Source of the DNA: Macrostomum hystrix
Taxonomy: Eukaryota; Animalia; Platyhelminthes
Length of the DNA: 64,000 nucleotides
Direction of reading: 5' to 3'
NCBI GenBank assembly: GCA_950097015.1
Contig: CATNEN010000028.1
Location: forward strand, 744,001 to 808,000
In this document: piece after piece, positions 38,766 to 49,500 of the stretch
Numbering within the stretch: the stretch's first letter is position 1
How the letters are laid out: each line of letters opens with the position of its first letter
Notes under the pieces: model-generated
What the model saw: only the letters and a program-made list of their open reading frames with translations
Databases searched by the model: none
What the model was told of the DNA's origin: nothing
Program-made: the position numbers and the translations under genes

Positions 38766-41700
38766 CTAAAGCTATAAGTACCACTAATCTGTTAGACACG
38801 AGGCCACAAAGACCCAATAGTCCAGAAAACTTCAAGCAACGCAGATCACCAAAGGAACAGACAGTCACACTGTACAGCCAGATAACGCATTGGAGTCAGC
38901 ACCACATGGATAAGCTAACATGAAAATCGAAGGATCGGATCTCAACAATTCAATAAATTGGGATAGTCTGTATAGAGTTAGACTGCGGGAAAAATAATCG
39001 CCCCCACCCCCTGCGAGGCAGAGGACGGCCTCAACCGAATCAACAGTAGGCCTCCCGCCGCAAAATTAAGTTATCCCAGCTTGATGCACGGGCGGGGCTG
39101 ACTAAATTAAGCGGCAGACCATCCTCCACATCGGTTGCCATCTGCCGGACACGAACGTCAGAGTATTTGAAATGCAGCCACTGCCTGGGTGCCACCTGCG
39201 CATTGCTGGAGCAGCTACGGACAGAAGAAGTCAGTAGTGGCTAAGAAGACAAAATTTGTTCCGCTGCAAAAAAAAATTGTATTGCAACGGAGCCGATGTT
39301 GAATGTAAACAAAAGGGACTGGGAGACAGGAAGACAGGCGGGCTCCAGCGACTAAGTTCTTAGTTGCCGTCAGGAGGTCCTTTGTCTGTACATGAAAGAA
39401 TGGCAACCATCTGCTACTAACGAGTGGCTCTTCATTAGGATAGCGCATGAGATAAACATTTTTTATCCTGACATTCGCTGCATTGTTTACGGATTATCAA
39501 TTAGCACAACTCGGACTTTGATAATTAAGTATACACGCAAAGTTATACTTTTTCCCTACAATAGTACTTCAGTACTGAGCACAGCATCACGACAAAGAAA
39601 CAGTCATGCTTCTTTGATACAGCCTTGTCCCTGATACAGCCTTGTGTCTCTGATACAGCCTTGTGTCTCTGATACAGCCTTGTGTCCCTGATACAGCCTT
39701 GTGTCTCTGATACAGCCTTGTGTCCCTGATACAGCCTTGTGTCTCTGATACAGCCTTCTGTCTCTGATACAGCCTTGTGTCCCTGATACAGCCTTGTGTC
39801 TCTGATACAGCCGTGTGTCTCTGATACAGCCGTGTGTCTCTGATACAGCCGTGTGTCTCTGATACAGCCGTGTGTCTCTGATACAGCCTTGTGTCTCTGA
39901 TACAGCCTTGTGTCCCTGATACAGCCGTGTGTCTCTGATACAGCCGTGTGTCTCTGATACAGCCTTGTGTCTCCGATACAGCCGTGTGTCTCTGATACAG
40001 CCTTGTGTCTCTGACACAGCCTTCTGTCTCTGATACAGCCTTGTGTCCCTGATACAGCCTTGTGTCTCTGATACAGCCGTGTGTCTCTGATACAGCCGTG
40101 TGTCTCTGATACAGCCGTGTGTCTCTGATACAGCCGTGTGTCTCTGATACAGCCTTGTGTCTCTGATACAGCCTTGTGTCCCTGATACAGCCGTGTGTCT
40201 CTGATACAGCCGTGTGTCTCTGATACAGCCTTGTGTCTCCGATACAGCCGTGTGTCTCTGATACAGCCTTGTGTCTCTGACACAGCCTTCTGTCTCTGAT
40301 ACAGCCGTGTGTCTCTGATACAGCCGTGTGTCTCTGATACAGCCGTGTGTCTCTGATACAGCCGTGTGTCTCTGATACAGCCTTGTGTCTCTGATACAGC
40401 CTTGTGTCCCTGATACAGCCGTGTGTCTCTGATACAGCCGTGTGTCTCTGATACAGCCTTGTGTCTCCGATACAGCCGTGTGTCTCTGATACAGCCTTGT
40501 GTCTCTGACACAGCCTTCTGTCTCTGATACAGCCTTGTGTCCCTGATACAGCCTTGTGTCTCTGATACAGCCGTGTGTCTCTGATACAGCCTTGTGTCTC
40601 TGATACAGCCTTGTGTCTCTGATACAGTCGTGTGTCTCTGATACAGCCTTGTGTCTCTGATACAGCCTTGTGTCTCTGATACAGCCTTGTGTCTCTGATA
40701 CAGCCTTGTGTCTCTGATACAGTCGTGTGTCTCTGATACAGCCTTGTGTCTCTGATACAGCCTTGTGTCTCTGATACAGCCTTGTGTCTCTGATACAGCC
40801 TTGTGTCTCTGATACAGCCTTGTGTCTCTGATACAGTCGTGTGTCTCTGATACAGCCTTGTGTCTCTGATACAGCCTTGTGTCTCTGATACAGCCTTGTG
40901 TCTCTGATACAGTCGTGTGTCTCTGATACAGCCGTGTGTCTCTGATACAGCCTTGTGTCTCTGATACAGCCTTGTGTCTCTGATACAGCCTTGTGTCTCT
41001 GATACAGTCGTGTGTCTCTGATACAGCCTTGTGTCTCTGATACAGCCTTGTGTCTCTGATACAGCCTTGTTTCTCTGATACAGCCGTGTGTCTCTGATAC
41101 AGCCGTGTGTCTCTGATACAGCCTTGTGTCTCTGATACAGCCGTGTGTCTCTGATACAGCCTTGTGTCTCTGATACAGCCTTGTGTCTCTGATACAGCCT
41201 TGTTTCTCTGATACAGCCGTGTGTCTCTGATACAGCCGTGTGTCTCTGATACAGCCTTGTGTCTCTGATACAGCCGTGTGTCTCTGATACAGCCGTGTGT
41301 CTCTGATACAGCCGTGTGTCTCTGATACAGCCGTGTGTCTCTGATACAGCCTTGTGTCTCTGTTACAGCCTTGTGTCCCTGATACAGCCGTGTGTCTCTG
41401 ATACAGCCGTGTGTCTCTGATACAGCCTTGTGTCTCCGATACAGCCGTGTGTCTCTAAAACAGCCTTGTGTCTCTGATACAGCCTTCTGTCTCTGATACA
41501 GCCTTGTGTCCCTGATACAGCCTTGTGTCTCTGATACAGCCGAGTGTCTCTGATACAGCCGTGTGTCTCTGATACAGCCTTGTGTCTCTGATACAGCCGT
41601 GTGTCTCTGATACAGCCTTGTGTCTCTGATACAGCCTTGTGTCTCTGATACAGTCGTGTGTCTCTGATACAGCCTTGTGTCTCTGATACAGCCTTGTGTC

Positions 41701-42462
41701 TCTGATACAGCCTTGTTTCTCTGATACAGCCGTGTGTCTCTGATACAGCCGTGTGTCTCTGATACAGCCGTGTGTCTCTGATACAGCCTTGTGTCTCCGA
41801 TACAGCCTTGTGTCTCTGATACAGCCGTGTGTCTCTGATACAGCCGTGTGTCTCTGATACAGCCTTGTGTCTCTGATACAGCCTTGTGTCTCTGATACAG
41901 CCTTGTTTCTCTGATACAGCCGTGTGTCTCTGATACAGCCGTGTGTCTCTGATACAGCCTTGTGTCTCTGATACAGCCGTGTGTCTCTGATACAGCCTTG
42001 TGTCTCTGATACAGCCTTGTGTCTCTGATACAGTCGTGTGTCTCTGATACAGCCTTGTGTCTCTGATACAGCCTTGTGTCTCTGATACAGTCGTGTGTCT
42101 CTGATACAGCATTGTGTCTCTGATACAGCCTTGTGTCTCTGATACAGCCTTGTTTCTCTGATACAGCCGTGTGTCTCTGATACAGCCGTGTGTCTCTGAT
42201 ACAGCCTTGTGTCTCTGATACAGCCGTGTGTCTCTGATACAGCCTTGTGTCTCTGATACAGCCTTGTGTCTCTGATACAGCCTTGTTTCTCTGATACAGC
42301 CGTGTGTCTCTGATACAGCCGTGTGTCTCTGATACAGCCTTGTGTCTCTGATACAGCCGTGTGTCTCTGATACAGCCGTGTGTCTCTGATACAGCCTTGT
42401 GTCTTTGAGACTGTTAATCTCATGTTCAAAGTTTAGTTTTTTCAATTTCGTTTTATTCCTTT

Positions 42463-42678
42463 GGGGGGGAGAAGTGTAGGCGGCGCGAGCCGTCACGCGT
42501 GCGTGGGGTTGGCGGCGTTCTGCGTCTTTCTCTCTGCCACCTTTCTACCCCCCTTGGCACGCACGTTAACTGATGTACGGGGTGCGGCTTTAGCCGCCAC
42601 CCCAGCTCAACTCGGCTGTTATAAAATATACTGAATCGCATTGAAATCGCTCTTGTGTCATTTCGGCTATCGACTACA
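42463..42678 (+). mobile_element. Polypurine tract plus 204-bp LTR-like element, copy 1
   Basis: GGGGGGGAGAAG (42463-42474) directly precedes TGTAG at 42475; the element ends CTACA at 42678 (5-bp terminal inverted repeat, TG..CA). TATAAAA lies about 55 nt before the end. No TGG primer-binding site follows. Confidence 0.65.
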
Positions 42679-43308
42679 AACAGTCGCATTTCTCATTTCC
42701 TACAAATAGTACTTCAGTACTGAGCACAGCATCACGACAAAGAAACAGTCATGCTTCTTTGATACAGCCTTGTCCCTGATACAGCCTTGTGTCCCTGATA
42801 CAGCCTTGTGTCTCTGATACAGTCGTGTGTCTCTGATACAGCCTTGTGTCTCTGATACAGCCTTGTGTCTCTGATACAGCCTTGTGTCTCTGATACAGCC
42901 TTGTGTCTCTGATACAGCCTTGTGTCTCTGATACAGTCGTGTGTCTCTGATACAGCCTTGTGTCTCTGATACAGCCTTGTGTCTCTGATACAGCCTTGTT
43001 TCTCTGATACAGCCGTGTGTCTCTGATACAGCCGTGTGTCTCTGATACAGCCTTGTGTCTCTGATACAGCCGTGTGTCTCTGATACAGCCTTGTGTCTCT
43101 GATACAGCCTTGTGTCTCTGATACAGCCTTGTTTCTCTGATACAGCCGTGTGTCTCTGATACAGCCGTGTGTCTCTGATACAGCCTTGTGTCTCTGATAC
43201 AGCCGTGTGTCTCTGATACAGCCGTGTGTCTCTGATACAGCCTTGTGTCTTTGAGACTGTTAATCTCATGTTCAAAGTTTAGTTTTTTCAATTTCGTTTT
43301 ATTCCTTT

Positions 43309-43524
43309 GGGGGGGAGAAGTGTAGGCGGCGCGAGCCGTCACGCGTGCGTGGGGTTGGCGGCGTTCTGCGTCTTTCTCTCTGCCACCTTTCTACCCCCCT
43401 TGGCACGCACGTTAACTGATGTACGGGGTGCGGCTTTAGCCGCCACCCCAGCTCAACTCGGCTGTTATAAAATATACTGAATCGCATTGAAATCGCTCTT
43501 GTGTCATTTCGGCTATCGACTACA
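43309..43524 (+). mobile_element. Polypurine tract plus LTR-like element, copy 2
   Basis: Appears identical to copy 1, offset 846 bp. Confidence 0.65.
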
Positions 43525-44154
43525 AACAGTCGCATTTCTCATTTCCTACAAATAGTACTTCAGTACTGAGCACAGCATCACGACAAAGAAACAGTCATGC
43601 TTCTTTGATACAGCCTTGTCCCTGATACAGCCTTGTGTCCCTGATACAGCCTTGTGTCTCTGATACAGTCGTGTGTCTCTGATACAGCCTTGTGTCTCTG
43701 ATACAGCCTTGTGTCTCTGATACAGCCTTGTGTCTCTGATACAGCCTTGTGTCTCTGATACAGCCTTGTGTCTCTGATACAGTCGTGTGTCTCTGATACA
43801 GCCTTGTGTCTCTGATACAGCCTTGTGTCTCTGATACAGCCTTGTTTCTCTGATACAGCCGTGTGTCTCTGATACAGCCGTGTGTCTCTGATACAGCCTT
43901 GTGTCTCTGATACAGCCGTGTGTCTCTGATACAGCCTTGTGTCTCTGATACAGCCTTGTGTCTCTGATACAGCCTTGTTTCTCTGATACAGCCGTGTGTC
44001 TCTGATACAGCCGTGTGTCTCTGATACAGCCTTGTGTCTCTGATACAGCCGTGTGTCTCTGATACAGCCGTGTGTCTCTGATACAGCCTTGTGTCTTTGA
44101 GACTGTTAATCTCATGTTCAAAGTTTAGTTTTTTCAATTTCGTTTTATTCCTTT

Positions 44155-44370
44155 GGGGGGGAGAAGTGTAGGCGGCGCGAGCCGTCACGCGTGCGTGGGG
44201 TTGGCGGCGTTCTGCGTCTTTCTCTCTGCCACCTTTCTACCCCCCTTGGCACGCACGTTAACTGATGTACGGGGTGCGGCTTTAGCCGCCACCCCAGCTC
44301 AACTCGGCTGTTATAAAATATACTGAATCGCATTGAAATCGCTCTTGTGTCATTTCGGCTATCGACTACA
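44155..44370 (+). mobile_element. Polypurine tract plus LTR-like element, copy 3
   Basis: Appears identical to copy 1, offset 1692 bp. Confidence 0.65.
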
Positions 44371-45099
44371 AACAGTCGCATTTCTCATTTCCTACAAATA
44401 GTACTTCAGTACTGAGCACAGCATCACGACAAAGAAACAGTCATGCTTCTTTGATACAGCCTTGTCCCTGATACAGCCTTGTGTCCCTGATACAGCCTTG
44501 TGTCTCTGATACAGTCGTGTGTCTCTGATACAGCCTTGTGTCTCTGATACAGCCTTGTGTCTCTGATACAGCCTTGTGTCTTTGATACAGCCATGTATCT
44601 CTGGAACAGCCGTGTGTTTCAGGTACACCTGATTCACTCAGGTACATCCGTTTGTCTCTGATTCAAAGCCTCAGATACAGTGAATCCATAAGATTTCCCG
44701 AAGCACAGTACGATGCGAATACTCAGCATTATGACCAGAGTTCAACCCAAGTAGAAAATGCAGGAAATGGGGCAAAAAACGCATCCTCTACGGGCATCAT
44801 ACTTAGGCGGGAAAGCAGCAAGCAAGTGGAATTCCTGCTCTTCTAATTGCTGCTCATTTCGTCGTAGCTTATCTGACAGTCCACAGGAAATACAAGCGGC
44901 GTGACGGTCGCAAGCGCTGTCAACCATGAAATCACTCGCAACTCGGTTTCGATGTCGTCAATTTTAACAATCATTTCCCACCAGCGACTTCGAAATTTCT
45001 ATCCTTAGGCTTGGATTAATTTGTCCTGCCTTACTTTTGTCTCGCTACGGTTGTGGCAGGGAGAAAGTTTTCTTCAATATATGAACTTGAAGTTGAAAC

Positions 45100-45465
45100 T
45101 GATGACGTATCAAAGTGTCAGATGGCGCATCAAAGTGTCAGATGACGTATCAAAGTGTCAGATGGCGCATCAAAGTGTCAGATGACGTATCAAAGTGTCA
45201 GATGACGCATCAAAGTGTCAGATGACGTATCAAAGTGTCAGACGGCGCATCAAAGTGTCAGATGACGTATCAAAGTGTCAGATGACGTATCAAAGTGTCA
45301 AATGACGTATTAAAGTGTCAAATGACGTATTAAAGTGTCAGATGACGTATCAAAGTGTCAGATGATGCATCAAAGTGTCAGGAGACATATCAAAGTGTCA
45401 GATGATGTGATAAAATGTCAGATGACGCAATAAAGTGTCAGATGACGTGTTAAAGTGTTTTCAGA
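45100..45465. repeat. 20-bp minisatellite (GTCAGATGACGTATCAAAGT)
   Basis: Directly visible. Confidence 0.95.
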
Positions 45466-46540
45466 TGGCGTTTTTAAGGTGTGATACTTCGAAGTATTAA
45501 GAGCCAAACGTTGTCACTATCAAAATAGATTAAATATACCCGGCCTAAGAAAGTGAGAGTTGAAAAAAACGCCCTACACGATGTCGCTTAAGGTCAGCAA
45601 ACAGGGTTAAAAAAGTTTAACAAAATGAATGCAAGGTAGCGGAGACAGATTTCGACACTAGACTCGCTACCTGTAGCCATGGAAATCGGAGCTGACTCAC
45701 GCGCTAAAGCCATCCGTTCATTTATTTTCCTAATCCGCCTCCGTGGTCGCAAGCCAATCCCATTCCTAAATATCATACCTTTTTGCTCGTTAACCAATAT
45801 TCGACAAGTAAAAAATTACACGCGCCAGCGGCATGCGTCTCCTTGGTTACTAAAAATGATACAAAAGCTTTTTTGGTATCAGATGAAATTGGAACTAACT
45901 CACATTTACAAACACACTGTAAGTTATAAATAGCAGTCGATTAACATGGTGCAATCGTTTGGCTAAAGCTTAACACATCAGATTGATTTATAGCATCCCT
46001 CATGCGAGGCAAACTGCAAACCACTGGATTGAAGGAGAAGCCACTGGCTTGAAGGAGAAGCCACTGGATTTAAGAAGTGCAATTATAACACGTTTTTTCT
46101 CTTACTATAAGTAAGAGAGGAGATTTTTACAGTAAATTAGTAAAACGAAATAAAAAAATCATATAAAGCACTGACGAATAAATCAATTAATGAATGCTAA
46201 AATTTCGAATGCAACAAAAATCTCTAAATGGTTACTCATTATATTGGCTTAAGCCTAGCTAATCCATCAGAATGTATAAATGATGTATTTCAATGGCATA
46301 AAATCACAAGCGCATTTGGAGAATTAGCGGGAAGACAATAAGAAAATATGTAGTCACCGAATTCAAGAATTGGAAACGAGTCAATAATCATTTTTATATA
46401 TAGCTCGTATACGGGCACCATTTCGATAAAAAAGTAGAATGACTGTTACGATGAAAGTGGCAAACATCAGGGCAAATAATGAGTGCAGAAAGGAAATGTT
46501 TAATTGACTGCAACCTAATTATTATTCACGAGTTCCTGAA

Positions 46541-49500
46541 TCAGTAATCTTCGAAGCCGGGCATTGGGAATCGATTAGCGAAGGCTTCAACTTGGGCTTT
46601 CAGCTCGGCGATGCGCATCACCGTGTCGGCGTCTTCCAGTACGAATCGCTTGAAGTCTTTCAGCATCTCTGAGGAGTGCAACATGTGCGCAACTGACACT
46701 AGCAACTGACAATGTCTGACACTAGCAACTGACAATGTCTGACACTAGCAACTGACAATGTCTGCATTTGCAACTGACAATATCTGACACTAGCAACTGA
46801 CAATGTCTGACACTAGCAACTGACAATGTCTGACACTAGCAACTGACAATGTCTGACACTAGCAACTGAAAATGTCTGACACTAGCAACTGACAATGTCT
46901 GACACTAGCAACTGACAATGTCTGACACTAGCAACTGACAATGTCTGACACTAGCAACTGACAATATCTGACACTAGCAACTGACAATGTCTGACACTAG
47001 CAACTGACAATGTCTGACACTAGCAACTGACAATGTCTGACACTAGCAACTGACAATGTCTGACACTAGCAACTGACAATGTCTGACACTAGCAACTGAC
47101 AATATCTGACACTAGCAGCTGACAATATCTGACACTAGCAATGACGATATTTGACTCTAATAGCTGATAATAGCAGCTGACAATTTATGAGACTTAATCA
47201 CTAGCAGTACACAAGTGACAATGAAAAGTCTCATTCTAAAAACTAATAAATATTAGAAGCTTAATTTTTCACAGTACGACACAAAAGGCAGAAATATCTG
47301 GCTGACTCACTTGTCTTAGATTTGGCGTAGACAGCAATATTCACAGCCTGATCAATGAATTCCACTACAGTTTCAAAATCTTTCTCAGTCAGATTTCGAG
47401 TTGTCAGGGCTGGCGTGCCTGTTGAATAAATAACAAGGCTCATTCTCAATATGGTTTTGAGAATACTCGTTTTGAGAATATCGAGGGCTTCGGAATTCTG
47501 ACTCGTAGGTCGGAAGTTCGAACCTTACCTAAGGAAAAGGATTTGAGTCATTGAGCAAGAAACTTTATTTCCCTGGGCAATGAGGGATATAGACTTCCCC
47601 AGTCCACGAACTGAACAGTCTGTGGCAGAGTGGTTAAGGCATTTGACTCTCGCACCAAGTTCGATTCCGCGTCGAGGCCTCATTCACTTAAGGCGCAGCC
47701 GCGGAGAGAAGGCTTGGGGGCTTGTCGTGCAATTTACGCCCTTAAGGGCCAAACTTTAAGGCACAGCGAAGTGTACACTGCCTGACGATGAGAAAGTCAG
47801 GGCAGATGTACACACCTGTGTGAGTGTGTGCCTGCTTACGGTATCTGTGTGCGTGTGTGCTCAGGAGTTAATAATTGTATCATTTCAGGGATCTGAACTC
47901 AAGAGCCTCCCGTGTGAGTTTAGCCAGACGAGCAAACTAACCCAGCCGAATGCCGCCGGGAACCAAGGCGCTCTTGTCTCCGGGCACCGTGTTCTTATTG
48001 AAAGTAATGGCGGCCAGTTCCGCGACTCGCTCGGCCCGGGCTCCGTCCACGCCTTTGGGCCGGAGGTCGACAAGCAGCAGGTGGCAGTCGGTGCCGCCGG
48101 TGACCACGCTGTGGCCCCTGGCGATTAGGGCCCGACTCATCGCCTGCGCGTTGGCCAGCACCTGAACGTTTTAAGGGGTGTGTCAAAAGAGGTCAGATGT
48201 AATGAGTCAGGTGTCCGGTGTAGTGAGTCAAAAAGTGTCAGATGTAATGAGTCGGGTGTCAGATGTGGTGAGTCAGGTGTGAGATGTAGTGAGTCAGGTG
48301 TCAGGTGTAGTGAGTCTAAATGTGTCAGACGTATGGGTCAGAAGATTTCAGATAAAGTTAATCAAAATGCGTCAGTACAATGAGTCAAAAGGTGTCAGAC
48401 ATATTAAGTGCAGCAGACGAACCTGTTTAGCGTAGGCCTTGAACTCTGTGGAGCTGGCCTGCAGTGCCATTGTGGCAATGCCGGCTATGGCAGCCTCGTG
48501 CGGGCCGCCCTGAAGGCCAGGGAAAACGGCAAAGTTAATCTTCTCCTCGAAGTCGTACATTTGCTTCGGAGCCTCTTTGTTGTCAACAGGCGGCTTGGCA
48601 GGCGACGGTCGTTCGCCGCGACGATAGAAGATCACGCCGGCTCTAGGGCCGCGCAAGGATTTATGCGTCGTACTGGTCACAATGTCTGCGTATTCAAACG
48701 GCGACGGAATGACTCCGGCAGCAACCAGGCCGCTGATGTGGGCCATGTCGGCCATCAGGACGGCGCCGAGTTCGTCGCAGAGGCGCCGAAATCGAGCATA
48801 GTCGAGCAGGCGCGGATAAGCGGTGACGCCGGCTACGATTAGGCGTGGCCGAAATAGCCGGGCTGTCTGCTCCAGCTGCTCGTAATCTAGGAGGCCGGTT
48901 CGCTTGTCCACCTGTGCGGTGTCCCCCGGTTTGAGGATGTGCAATATTATCCTATCCTAATGTGAGGATCTTCGATTACCAGAGTAAGCTGTATCCTAAT
49001 AAAGGGATTCAAACTACAGCAATATCACACATTTAGGAAAATAATTGCGAAAATCCAATTCAAGATCTATAATACGGGCTCGTACATGGACATCCCAAAT
49101 TTGAGAATCAAAAAATTAAAGAGAGCCTAAATTGAGAATCTAAAAAGAGATCCCAAATTGAGGATCTAAATAAGAGATCCCAAATTGAGGATCTAAAAAG
49201 AGATCCCAAATTGAGGATCTAAAAAGAGATCCCAAATTGAGGATCTAAATAAGAGATCCCAAATTGAGGATCTAAATAAGAGATCCCAAATTGAGGATCT
49301 AAAAAAGAGATCCCAAATTGAGGATAATAAAATGAGATCCCAAATTGAGGATCTAAAAAAGAGATCCCAAATTGAGGATGATAAAAAATATCCCAAATTG
49401 AGGATAATAAAAAGATCCCAAATTAAGGATGATAAAAAGAGATCCCAAATAGAGGATAATAAAAAAGATCCCAAATTGAGGATAATAAAAAGAGATCCCA

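Larger units (their letters stand above)
39612..44600. repeat. 20-bp minisatellite (TGTGTCTCTGATACAGCC[TT/GT]) organised as one 2.8-kb block followed by 846-bp higher-order units
   Basis: Identical ORFs recur at 42453, 43299 and 44145 (846-bp period). The left-flank segment TAGTACTTCAGTACTGAGCAC occurs four times. Confidence 0.97.

Noticed and set aside
38985-39225. GC-rich structured-looking island
   Set aside because: Local hairpins exist (CGGCAGA/TCTGCCG), but no ribozyme, snRNA or SINE consensus could be fitted and there is no second copy in the window.
42410-42700. Helitron interpretation of the junction segment
   Set aside because: The hairpins are not followed by CTRR on either strand; PPT plus TG..CA fits better.
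42410-44640. CRISPR-like repeat-spacer appearance of the 846-bp and 62-kb marker-block arrays
   Set aside because: The intervening blocks are identical rather than unique, no cas genes are present, and the context is eukaryotic.
39543-44647. Repetitive ORFs of 137-377 aa (SETQGCIRDTRLYQRHKAV)n
   Set aside because: Translation of the 20-bp satellite, present in several frames with no unique domain.
44742-44927. Cys-containing 61-aa minus-strand ORF, together with 39215-39448
   Set aside because: I could not link them into a phase-consistent gene or recognise a domain.
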